A program made the position numbers and the translations under genes. This document shows positions 55,272-64,000 of a stretch of 64,000 bases of DNA, in pieces. The stretch covers positions 1,184,001-1,248,000 of the forward strand of contig OZ219790.1 in the NCBI GenBank assembly GCA_964291215.2, given 5' to 3'. The notes below the pieces were generated by a model. That model was not told where the DNA came from, did not search any database, and saw only the letters and a list, made by a program, of their open reading frames with translations. Numbering within the stretch: position 1 is the stretch's first letter; every line of letters begins with the position of its first letter. This DNA comes from Alphaproteobacteria bacterium. GTDB lineage: Bacteria > Pseudomonadota > Alphaproteobacteria > MPNO01 > UBA830.

Positions 55272-56473
55272 CCCCACTTCCAGTCTGAAGTGCAACATCC
55301 GCCCCTCATCGCAGTGAGGGCGTAGCCCGAACGGAGATGAGGGCCGGATGTTGTGCAAATTTTTCCCCTCTGCCCCTCTCGATTCCGCCCGGGAACAGCT
55401 TCAGTTCCTTCAACATCGAGCTTATGCAACGCCTTTGTCGGCTTCAAGCCACTATTTCGCCGTCGCGCGGCATAGACCCTGCTGCACGTTGCGGCTTCGG
55501 AACGCAGATGGTCAGGGCGGTTTCACTTCAAGATTACCTCCGTCGGCGATCCCGGGACTTTCCGAGTGTTGAGCCGATCCTGCACCTTCTGAACATCTTC
55601 GTTGCATGTCGCGCGAAAGGCCTTGCCCTTCGGGAAGTACTCCCGCACCAGGCCGTTGGTGTGCTCATTCAAGCCGCGCTCCCGGGAATGGAAAGGCGAT
55701 GAAGAAATCTGCGTCAAGTGCGACACGCCTGTGGTCTGCGAACTCCGTTGTCTGACGTGATTGTGTGGACCAATAGCGCACCAGAGCCGAGCAGGCGGAT
55801 CATGACCGAACCGACCGTGTCTTTCTGTCCACCCGTCCCGGCAAGGTGTATTTCGTGGCACGAGCGACACGACAGCTCCACTGTGAGCTTTGCCGATGAT
55901 GGCTCCCGGTCGCCGACCCGTTCCTTTGCCTCCGCAGGGCGCTCGGAAATGTCCACCCGGCCGGAATGGCATCCGCCCTTCCGGTTCGGCTTCTTGCCGC
56001 GCCGCCGAAGCTTCTTCCACAAGACGCCCCCAGCTCTCCGATCTTCGGCGATCATGGATCCGTTGCCGACCCACGGCCTTCCAGTCGAAAACGGCCGCTG
56101 CTCGGGGCCCTCCCGCAGCTTTTTCTGAGCTTCAACCCGAGGCGTCAACCGCCAAGAAACAGACGAGGCGACCCTGCGGCGCATTTCTGCCATCCTTTGC
56201 GCCTGCTTGTGACGGTAACCCCGTCCCCCGGTGTTGCGCTTGATCTCCCGGAAAATTGTTGATCGGCCCAGCTGCCGAGCAATCGCACCTTGTGAAAGAC
56301 CGCTTTTCTGCCTCAATCTGACATCGCTCTTCGTAGGTGACGGTAGCCTTTGGACATGAACAAGCTCCCTTCATCTTGTACAGGAACTCTCGCCGCTACC
56401 GCTCCGCAACATCATGCGTCTAAAAACACATAGCCACAGCCCATCATGTGTTGCGCTTCACTATGGAACGGGG
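55272..56473 (-). mobile_element. IS30-family element copy 2 (degraded)
   Basis: Both ends match copy 1; retains VHTITSDNG and ERGLNEHTNGLVREYFPK..VQDRLN. Confidence 0.9.
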
Positions 56474-59400
56474 GCTTGCATTGGGGTCCGAAACATCGAT
56501 AACTCGAATCCTGATTTTCCTTCTCTCCTCGGCAGACAAGATCGACGACAAGCGGTCTTCCAGTTCAAGGGGAGCAACCACCGGTGATCCTATCGCGGGT
56601 GGCGTGGGTCGGCAGTCTTCCGTGTCTCCAAACCAGAATACAAGATAGATGCCATGCCCGTCGGTTCCTGGATCGACGACGTAGCAAGCCATCAACTGGG
56701 ATCGGATCGCACTCCAGAGATCGCGATGGCAGCTCCTTTTGATTTCCACGGGGACATTGAAACCCGCACAAGAAACTTGAATGTCTGCTCGTTTGTCGTT
56801 AGCGTAGCACCCCTCCGGTTGAACTTCGATATCGAGGCGCATCAACCTGTTCCGCAGATCCGATAAGAGAGCGTCTCGGCACGCGTCCTCCGGGCGAGGA
56901 TTCTGTGGGCGGCTGTAATGGTCCACATTCCAGTATTGTTTCCAATCGGACGTATTACCGGCGCGAATGGTGCGCGCAATCTCGTTCAGGTGTTCCAGGG
57001 TCAACGCGGCGAGGTCCGCCACGTTTGCGGGTGCACCGCTGGCGAGGGTCTCAAGAACCCGAGCAGTATTGCTATAGGCGAATTCGGCTTCGCGACGGGC
57101 CGCTTTTTGTCGATACGCGGCGTCCATGAGAAGGGAATGCCAGGGACGCAGGTCGTTGTCGGACGACAAAGCTTCAAGAGCGAACGAGGCGTCTCCCGTC
57201 GTGATGCTCGCCAGTTGTTCTATGCAGTCTTGGACCCGATCGGCCGCAGTCATTTCCGACGTGACCATGATGCCTTCATCGGAATCCGCGTCATGAGAAT
57301 AGGGCCGGTAGGAGGTGCCGACGAGTTGGATCAGAAGTCGAAGCGCAGGCGCGCTCTGCCGGTACTTCAGATCGGGTGAAGTGCTGAATTGCCCGGTCAC
57401 CGCTTCCGCCAGGAAACGAATGCGGCGTTCTTTGCCAGCGACATAGGATTCTAGCGGTTCGACGTAAGACTCCGGTGCGACGCACAAGCCGGCGACCAGC
57501 CAGTGGACGCGCTGTGCCACGCTCATTCGGTGATCGGCGTGCTTCTCGTCGATCAATTCCCGAAGCGGTTCAATGTCGCAGTGGCGCCTGGCAGCCAGCA
57601 GCAAGTGATTCAGGCTCGACAACTGCCCGGATGCACAACGGGCGGGGAATTGCCCGAGCAGAGACATCGTGGCCAGGCGCGCAACGCGGGCATGGTCCGG
57701 AGAATATGCCAATTCGTGGATGCCTGTAGGAGATTCCGCGCCCTTGCGCAGTTTAGAGAGAACGGACCGTACGAGCACTTCGGCGGCGATCTCGGGGCGG
57801 TCGGAAAGCGTCCAGGCAAACCAGCGAGGCGGACGATCGGCAGAGTGCCGGGCAGTGGGCCACATAGGCACGGTGTAGTGAACCGCTAGGGCGAGCCGCA
57901 AGCGCTGGCGATCTATGCCGATCTCGCCGGATGGCGCAATTTTCGCCATTTCCTCCAAGCCCGCCATGAATGGCAGCGCGAGATAGTGCGTCCGGTTCGC
58001 GATTCCGAGGCGTATGACCCTCGTGTCCGAAGGTAAATCGTCCCGGTCGATGGTATTGCGAAACCCGGACAGGACGGCGTCGACCAAGTTTTCGTCACCG
58101 GCGAGGAGAGCGTTCAGTCTGTCTCTCGGTGAATTGCCGCGAACGTTGAGGTATCCACCGAAATACACCTTGGCGAGTTCGTACAGAAGCTTGGGGTTTG
58201 CCATATTTCCGCGCAGTTCGTCCTCGTACGGCTTTACATGGTCGTGCCAGTCCGGCCGCTCGGTTCGCGACCGAGCCTGCGAGCGGGGTTTGAATCTGTC
58301 CCCGTCAAAAGTTGGGGCTTCAAGCTCAACCATTATCTTTTCAAACGCATCGCTGAGACGGGCGAAGCCGACCAGGCGTCTCGAGACAGCCTCGCGGGAA
58401 AGGCCCTCGTCGAAACGGCCGTAGTGCAGGCTTTCCGCAACTTCGCCGATCAGCCACTCGGTGATGATCCGGTTCTTGGCAGCGACTGCTTGGTCAAGGC
58501 ACCACATTCCGAAATCCCGGGGCCGTGCGGCACCCAAGAGCCTGCCACGTTCTTCTTCGCGCATGCATCTGTAGAACCAGTAGGGCTCCGTGCAGTCAGG
58601 CCGTTCGCCGCAACGCTCCAGGCTCATCTTCAGCAAGGTTTTCCACGCGTCGGGGCGGCTTTCAAGCCACCTGCGAATCTCTCGTGATTCTTCGCGGCCG
58701 ATATCCGGATCGTACGTCCAGTCGCCTGCCTTGGCGGCTGGTTCCAACCAATGGAACAAGCGGGTCAAGTCCACCTCGTCCCCCGATAGCAGAAGAAACC
58801 GGGCCAACAGGTTCGAGGGCAGGCAACCTATGAAGAAAGTGGGCAGTCCATGCGCCCTCTCATCCGCGAGCAAATCATCGTAGCGTTCCACGATTTGGTC
58901 GAGGAGCGTGGCGAGCTGGCGTCGTGTCGATCTCTTGGGAAGTTGTCCGTTCCAGAAATAGTCGTACTCGGGGCTGTGGTTGGGTCTTTGCGGGACCCTG
59001 AGATATCGAATGACCTCGGTTTCCGATATCGCTTCAGGGTATATCTTGGACAGCAGGCGGCCGAGCAGAGCGTCGTCGGAATCGGGCACCCTGCCGGCAT
59101 AAACGTCAGCAGTCAGCTCTTTCAGCTCGGTGAGAGCCTGGGTGTGATCCCGGTGATGCCGCACGAACAGGTACACGGCGCGATCCCGAATCCTTGGCCA
59201 ACGTGTGCCGTCACGGATTAGCTCTTTCAGCGGATCGACAAGGCGTGGAATCGGTTCGCCATGCCAAAGGGCTTCGAGCAAGATAACGACGAACGATTGC
59301 CACGAATCCTTCCGCGCCGGAGCGGTTAGAATCTTTAGAATCTGGTTCTCCATGTCGGAGGACACAAGATCGCCGAGCCGCGAATCCAGCTGGACGGTGG

Positions 59401-60610
59401 TAATCAAGCGGGGGTTCGCTGCAGTTTGCCGTTTGAGACCATCCAGAAGCAGGCGTTTTTCTTCTGGCGAGAAGTGTTGGGCGTCTCCGTAAAGGACAAT
59501 TCCAAGAGGATCGCGCGGAATTACCTCCGCTCGGCTGGATCTGCTGTGTGCTGCGAGCCATGCGGAAAGACCGCGCAGTTCGGAGACCACCACGCCATCG
59601 TATCCGGTGATTAGAGCGAGAATGCGCCCGATCGGCAGCCCGTTCTCGACAAGAGCGGCCAAGTACCTGGCGGCGAGAAACTCCGCGACCTGCCGGTGAA
59701 CGGGAACTATGCGGCGCTCTGTGGGAGATTCGAACAGTTTGGATTCCAGGCTTCGGCGGAGAATCTCCCGTTCGGTTCCCTGAAGCCGATCAAGTTCGAG
59801 GAAATGCTGATCGCTCTTCGCACCCGGCAGTGCGTACCCCGCGGCACCAGTCAGAAGCTGCACTGCGCAAAGCCTCCCGCTGGCCTCGATGAGATCGGCG
59901 ATGGCGCCCGGATCCAGACTGGATATGCGATGTTCTTCATTGTGCTCTGCAAGCAGAGTTCGGCATGCCATGTCGAATGCCTGCGTTCTGGTCTCGGGCC
60001 AGCCACTGGCGGCTCCGACCGCAACCGCGAGCATTTTGAGGCTCTGTGGATTGACCAGTAGTTCGTGGAGGCCCTTCTCTTGGGCCGCCGCGACAAAATC
60101 CTCCGGATCATCGATCCTCAGAACACCGCGTAGAAATTGGTGGATATCTTGTTCGGACAGCGGATCGAGGCGGAGCACCTTGACGGCTCCGCTGGGTGAT
60201 ACCTGTTTGAGATGATCCTTGTCATTGGCTCCGAACCAATCAGCCTCACGACACGACAGGCGAAAACGGGGACGGCCCATTCGGTCAAGTTTGGCACGGA
60301 TACGGTCGAATGGAGTACGCCCGTCGGTGGTTCCGGTCCGTGTCTCGTCGAGCCCATCGATGAAGAGAGTCGTATCGTGCCACTCGGCCCGGTCGTCGAA
60401 GGTGAGGAAATCGCGCGCAGTGACACAATGCCCGCCTTGGCGTTCCACCAGATGCTTGAAAATGGTGGTCTTGCCGGAGCCTGGAGGACCAAGAAGCACA
60501 TAGGCCGCCTCGTCCTTCCAATCCTCAACAGGTCGGGACGAAATATGCGTAGGGTCACGGGAGTCGCGCTCGCCGATGTCGTGGCATGTCCGTCGAACAG
60601 TGCACGTCAT
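56444..60610 (-). CDS. Large STAND/NACHT-like P-loop NTPase with helical middle region and C-terminal PD-(D/E)xK-like nuclease domain
   Basis: GPPGSGKT, FIDGLDE, RLSCRE, NP motif, HRQVAEFLAARYL; C-terminal KRADIQVS..VPVEIK..GIYLVFWFG. ATG 60610 overlaps the upstream TGA. Confidence 0.82.
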   Translation of the reverse strand: MTCTVRRTCHDIGERDSRDPTHISSRPVEDWKDEAAYVLLGPPGSGKTTIFKHLVERQGGHCVTARDFLTFDDRAEWHDTTLFIDGLDETRTGTTDGRTPFDRIRAKLDRMGRPRFRLSCREADWFGANDKDHLKQVSPSGAVKVLRLDPLSEQDIHQFLRGVLRIDDPEDFVAAAQEKGLHELLVNPQSLKMLAVAVGAASGWPETRTQAFDMACRTLLAEHNEEHRISSLDPGAIADLIEASGRLCAVQLLTGAAGYALPGAKSDQHFLELDRLQGTEREILRRSLESKLFESPTERRIVPVHRQVAEFLAARYLAALVENGLPIGRILALITGYDGVVVSELRGLSAWLAAHSRSSRAEVIPRDPLGIVLYGDAQHFSPEEKRLLLDGLKRQTAANPRLITTVQLDSRLGDLVSSDMENQILKILTAPARKDSWQSFVVILLEALWHGEPIPRLVDPLKELIRDGTRWPRIRDRAVYLFVRHHRDHTQALTELKELTADVYAGRVPDSDDALLGRLLSKIYPEAISETEVIRYLRVPQRPNHSPEYDYFWNGQLPKRSTRRQLATLLDQIVERYDDLLADERAHGLPTFFIGCLPSNLLARFLLLSGDEVDLTRLFHWLEPAAKAGDWTYDPDIGREESREIRRWLESRPDAWKTLLKMSLERCGERPDCTEPYWFYRCMREEERGRLLGAARPRDFGMWCLDQAVAAKNRIITEWLIGEVAESLHYGRFDEGLSREAVSRRLVGFARLSDAFEKIMVELEAPTFDGDRFKPRSQARSRTERPDWHDHVKPYEDELRGNMANPKLLYELAKVYFGGYLNVRGNSPRDRLNALLAGDENLVDAVLSGFRNTIDRDDLPSDTRVIRLGIANRTHYLALPFMAGLEEMAKIAPSGEIGIDRQRLRLALAVHYTVPMWPTARHSADRPPRWFAWTLSDRPEIAAEVLVRSVLSKLRKGAESPTGIHELAYSPDHARVARLATMSLLGQFPARCASGQLSSLNHLLLAARRHCDIEPLRELIDEKHADHRMSVAQRVHWLVAGLCVAPESYVEPLESYVAGKERRIRFLAEAVTGQFSTSPDLKYRQSAPALRLLIQLVGTSYRPYSHDADSDEGIMVTSEMTAADRVQDCIEQLASITTGDASFALEALSSDNDLRPWHSLLMDAAYRQKAARREAEFAYSNTARVLETLASGAPANVADLAALTLEHLNEIARTIRAGNTSDWKQYWNVDHYSRPQNPRPEDACRDALLSDLRNRLMRLDIEVQPEGCYANDKRADIQVSCAGFNVPVEIKRSCHRDLWSAIRSQLMACYVVDPGTDGHGIYLVFWFGDTEDCRPTPPAIGSPVVAPLELEDRLSSILSAEERRKIRIRVIDVSDPNASPRSIVKRNT

Positions 60611-61883
60611 GGGTTGTCGAACCATTCCCATGCCTGTGTTGAAAGAAACTCGGAAACAGGAAGTCCTCCCTCGCCGATGACAATGGTTGCCTGGGCGTCG
60701 AAGCGCTCCGCAAATCGTTCGAGCCCGCTTGTCCTTGGCTTACGCGCGCCGCTCTTCACCTCGAAGGCAACCAGTCTGCGACCGCGTGTCAGAACGAAAT
60801 CCACTTCGGAGCCGTTCTCTCGCCAATAGTACAGACCGTGTGCTGGTGTGCCCGTATTGAACAGGTGCGCCCCCACCGCGCTTTCGACAAGGCGTCCCCA
60901 ATAGCTGCGGTCGGCCTTTGCTTCCTCGAACGTGTATCCCGATGCAACGGCCATGAGTGCGGTGTTGAGAACATTGAGCTTGGGGTTGGAGGATCTCCGC
61001 CGATGGGCCCCGGCGGCGTATTTGGTGAGACCAGCAATCAGACCTGCATTGGACAAAAGGTCCATGTAGCGCGCCAGGGTGGTCGTGTTGCCGGCGTCCT
61101 GAAGCTGGCCACGCATCTTGTTGTACGAAAGGATCTGCCCGGAATACTCGGCGCCGAGCTGGAACAGCCGCTTCAGCAAAGCCGGCTTGTCGACCCGCTG
61201 CAAGGCGAGAATGTCTCGCTCAATGTTGGGTTCGACCAGCGCCTCGGCTATGTAAGCGCGCCATCGGCTCTGCTCGGGAACGAACGGGGCGCCTCCCGGA
61301 TAACCCCGAAGTATACGTAGCGTTGGAGATCGAAGCCAAATGCTGCCGACATTTCGGCGAACGACCAATGCATCAGGCGTACGGTCTCGTACCTGCCGGC
61401 AAAGCTCTCGCTCATTCCCTGCTGCATGAGCAATGGGGCGGAGCCAAGTAGAATGACGTGTAGGGGCCGATCAAGCCGCCGATCGGCATCCCATAGCCCC
61501 TTGACCGTCTCCGACCAGTTCGGGATTTTCTGAATCTCATCGATCGCCAGAACGAGGCCCCGATCGGCACTTTCGGCCGCCAACCGAGCCTGTTCCCACT
61601 GCATGATCAGCCATCGCGCGTCTCTTGAGCCGTCCAGCGGGGCCGATTGCGGTTCCGCGAACTGGAGCTGAGAACTGCCCAAGTCTGGACTTGGGGGGAG
61701 AATCGCAGGATCCGGTTCATCGACAGACACATACCGAGAAGGAGCGTCCAGCTGTCTGAGGACTTGGTCAACCAGTGTGGTCTTGCCCGTTTGGCGCGGA
61801 CCGGTCACGATTGTGAGACGCTGAGGCTTTTCGCTCAGGCGATTGAATAGCGTGGAAATCTGGGCTCGTTCATAGGCTGGCAT
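60607..61883 (-). pseudogene. AAA_14 + DUF4143 ATPase with a single frameshift at about 61305
   Basis: GPRQTGKT, LAIDEIQK, LGSA, ES.AGR; YF-GGYP split by G4 instead of G5; GRLVESAV, YYWR..EVDFV..FEVKS. Confidence 0.88.
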
Positions 61884-61899
61884 AGAGCCATTCTACAGC

Positions 61900-61945
61900 A
61901 TTGAGTAAATTTACTCAATAAGTACGAGCATTGGTCGACTCAATG
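61900..61945. promoter_or_regulatory. Perfect 20-bp palindrome plus a related second site; candidate operator
   Basis: ATTGAGTAAATTTACTCAAT (61900-61919), 16 bp upstream of the ATPase start; second site CATTGGTCGACTCAATG (61929-61945) repeats the ACTCAAT half. Confidence 0.6.
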
Positions 61946-62280
61946 AATTTCGATGCTCGTGGCGACGCAAGCTACTCCATGGCATGGCCTTCCCGACAGG
62001 GCGGGCCATGTTCTTCTGGCCGAAGGCAGCGAACCGGTGCATCAGCGGTTGCGCACACCGCCTGTTGTTCGACCCGGCCGCCTGACCTCTCCGAACGAAA
62101 GCAAATCAACAGGCTGACGCGCCGGTCAGCAACGAATCTGTGTGCAGACCGACAGAGAGGCGGCGCATGCGCCACATACAGACGACTGAGCCTCTTGCAA
62201 AAATCGAATTTTTTGCGGGGGTACTGTAACTTGATGTCTGGAAATTTGTCTGAGGTTTGCGCTTTGAGGCGTTTCAGGCG

Positions 62281-62766
62281 ATGGTGGTGTGCAGGGCAAT
62301 CTCGCCCGATCTCGACTCCGTCCGGAGTTTTACCGTCACATCCGACGCGCTCACCGGCGACAGGAAGGACCGCGAAGATGGGACAACCCTCGGGAAGGAC
62401 GGCACGCTCGGGTGGCGGGACGGGAGACGGCCGGACGCGCTCGTCCTGCCCGCCGACCTCGACCGCTCGCTGCGCCATCTCGACGACGCGGACCTCGACC
62501 GGCTGGTCGAAGCGGCAACAGCCGAGGCCCGCAGGCGCGGGCGGCAGGCCGGCAAGACGTCTGGAGGAAGGGCGCATGCCAAGCCCGCGTCGGTGACGCA
62601 GGGGCAGGAAAAGCCGATTCTTGCCGCCTTCGAGGCTGGCCTCAAACCCGTGGCGATCGCGCGGGAGTTCCGCCTCTCGCGCATTCGGGTCGACAGCGTG
62701 CTGGCCGGCGTCGGACAAGGCCGCCGATCGAGCACCTTCGCTGCGGCGAAGTCGGCGTTCCCTTGA
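62281..62766 (+). CDS. Hypothetical protein with C-terminal HTH; last codons supplied by the IS630 remnant
   Basis: VLPADLDRSLRHLDDADLDRL..ILAAFEAGLKPVAIAREFRLSR..V; start uncertain. Confidence 0.5.
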   Translation: MVVCRAISPDLDSVRSFTVTSDALTGDRKDREDGTTLGKDGTLGWRDGRRPDALVLPADLDRSLRHLDDADLDRLVEAATAEARRRGRQAGKTSGGRAHAKPASVTQGQEKPILAAFEAGLKPVAIAREFRLSRIRVDSVLAGVGQGRRSSTFAAAKSAFP

Positions 62767-63283
62767 GGAGGAATCACCCACCCGCTGCCATGGCTTGAGG
62801 CAGTTTTTTTTAGAACACGCCGCACCGTCTCGTGTGACACGGTGTAACCAAGCTCGACAACGCGGTCGGCCAGCAGCCGCAACGACCATTGCGCGTAACC
62901 CTCAGGCGGTTCACCACAACTCAGGGCCACCAAGCGCGCCTCGAAGACGCCGTCGGCTTTTCGCATATAGGTAGGACGGCGCCGGCCACCCAATGCCGCC
63001 TCCAGCCCCTCGAAACGCTTCTTTACTCGGTCTACTTTGCGCATGCTGATGCGCAGAATCTCGGCAATGACCTTCCCGGTCATCTGGCATTCATTGAACG
63101 CGCCCTCGTCGCAGTTAAGCAGGGCGTTGATTACCTTTTGCGACAGGTGCGAGCCCTTGATCTCCGAAAGTTCTGCCCGTTCGTCCAGGGTCACCACGTA
63201 GCGTTTCATACTCCGACCTCCATCCCGAATGGACGGACAGTCTAGCACCAAATGTACGACATATCATTGCTGACATAACACTA
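62724..63283 (-). mobile_element. IS630-family element type 2, copy E (5' half only)
   Basis: Aligns to about 42089-42695; left end TAGTGTTATGTCA in CTAG. Confidence 0.9.
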
Positions 63284-63505
63284 GCGTGGGATCGCCGTGC
63301 GTTCCCACATGACGGGGTTGCACTCGGCTGCTGTGCGAGCTATACGTACATGCGATATGGCAGGATTGTGGTCGGCGCATGTGGCCGCAAACCTGTTGTA
63401 CGGGAGGTTGAAGGCATGACCGAGACATCAGGGGATGTTGTGATGCGCGGACTGCCGTGGTCGTTCGGCTACAACGTGAGTGCCTCACGCGCGCGCGACC
63501 TTCGT

Positions 63506-63538
<33 letters not shown>

Positions 63539-63874
63539 ATTCGGACGCTGGACTGTATCGGCGGATGACCTTGGGAAGATATCCCGTCGCCTGAGCGCAA
63601 ACCTCTCGGTCAGGGAGCCGGCTACGCAGGCGCACCACTTCCCTGACCTGCTTCGACGGGAACACGGCGGCTCACGCCACGCCGTCGGGTGCCGTTGCTT
63701 CAGGACCGAAGCTCTTTACACCTCAGACAACCGGGGTCGCACGGCCCTCGGCGAGCATTCGTTCCCTGGCATTCAAGCCTATGGAGCGGGATGGTTCACG
63801 CCCGCGCTGCGTCGGAAGCCACTCCATGGCAAGCCCCCCCCCCCCGGCGGGTTCTGACACCCCCCCTCATCCAT

Positions 63875-63931
63875 CGTCTAAAAACACATGGTCACAGCCC
63901 ATCATGTGTTGCACTTCACTATGGAACGGGG
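63875..63931 (-). mobile_element. Isolated IS30 left-end remnant
   Basis: CGTCTAAAAACACAT..ATCATGTGTTGCACTTCACTATGGAACGGGG matches about 56417-56473. Confidence 0.8.
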
Positions 63932-64000
63932 GTGGGAAACCGAAACCAAGGCATACATCAAATGAACAGCTCGATGACTGAGAGATTCACGACAATTTCC

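Overview
A GC-rich bacterial window, probably alphaproteobacterial (inferred from TRAP/TAXI transporters, CoxSLM and aromatic-catabolism genes). Intact metabolic blocks alternate with dense graveyards of insertion sequences. The metabolic blocks are: ABC ATPases, SDR, dienelactone hydrolase-SnoaL fusion, form-II CoxSLM, PotD-like SBP, salicylyl/anthraniloyl-CoA monooxygenase, USP, two TRAP systems, ThDP decarboxylase, cyclase, Rieske oxygenase, cysS, TauD, and an isochorismatase-cupin-SBP operon. The mobile DNA includes five IS630 copies of two types, IS30, IS3, IS1634-like, IS66 with methyltransferase or DUF4338 passengers, IS1595, a group II intron and a 181-183 bp ISAs1-type MITE in two copies; several elements are nested. 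The most striking pattern is that pairwise alignment of sister mobile-element copies shows dozens of independent deletions almost all 5-7 bp long (mode 6 bp), mostly at 1-6 bp microhomologies, while element ends, TSDs and most host genes are intact. This is a candidate repeat-directed erosion process, or an assembly artefact that must be excluded. Other highlights: a 1.4k-aa STAND NTPase with a C-terminal PD-(D/E)xK-like nuclease coupled to an AAA_14/DUF4143 ATPase under a 20-bp palindromic operator, an IS-interrupted hypothetical+PIN gene pair, an inverted 27-bp loop in the IS30 right-end hairpin, and an alpha/beta-hydrolase lacking catalytic Ser and His. All alignments were done by eye; no databases were consulted.
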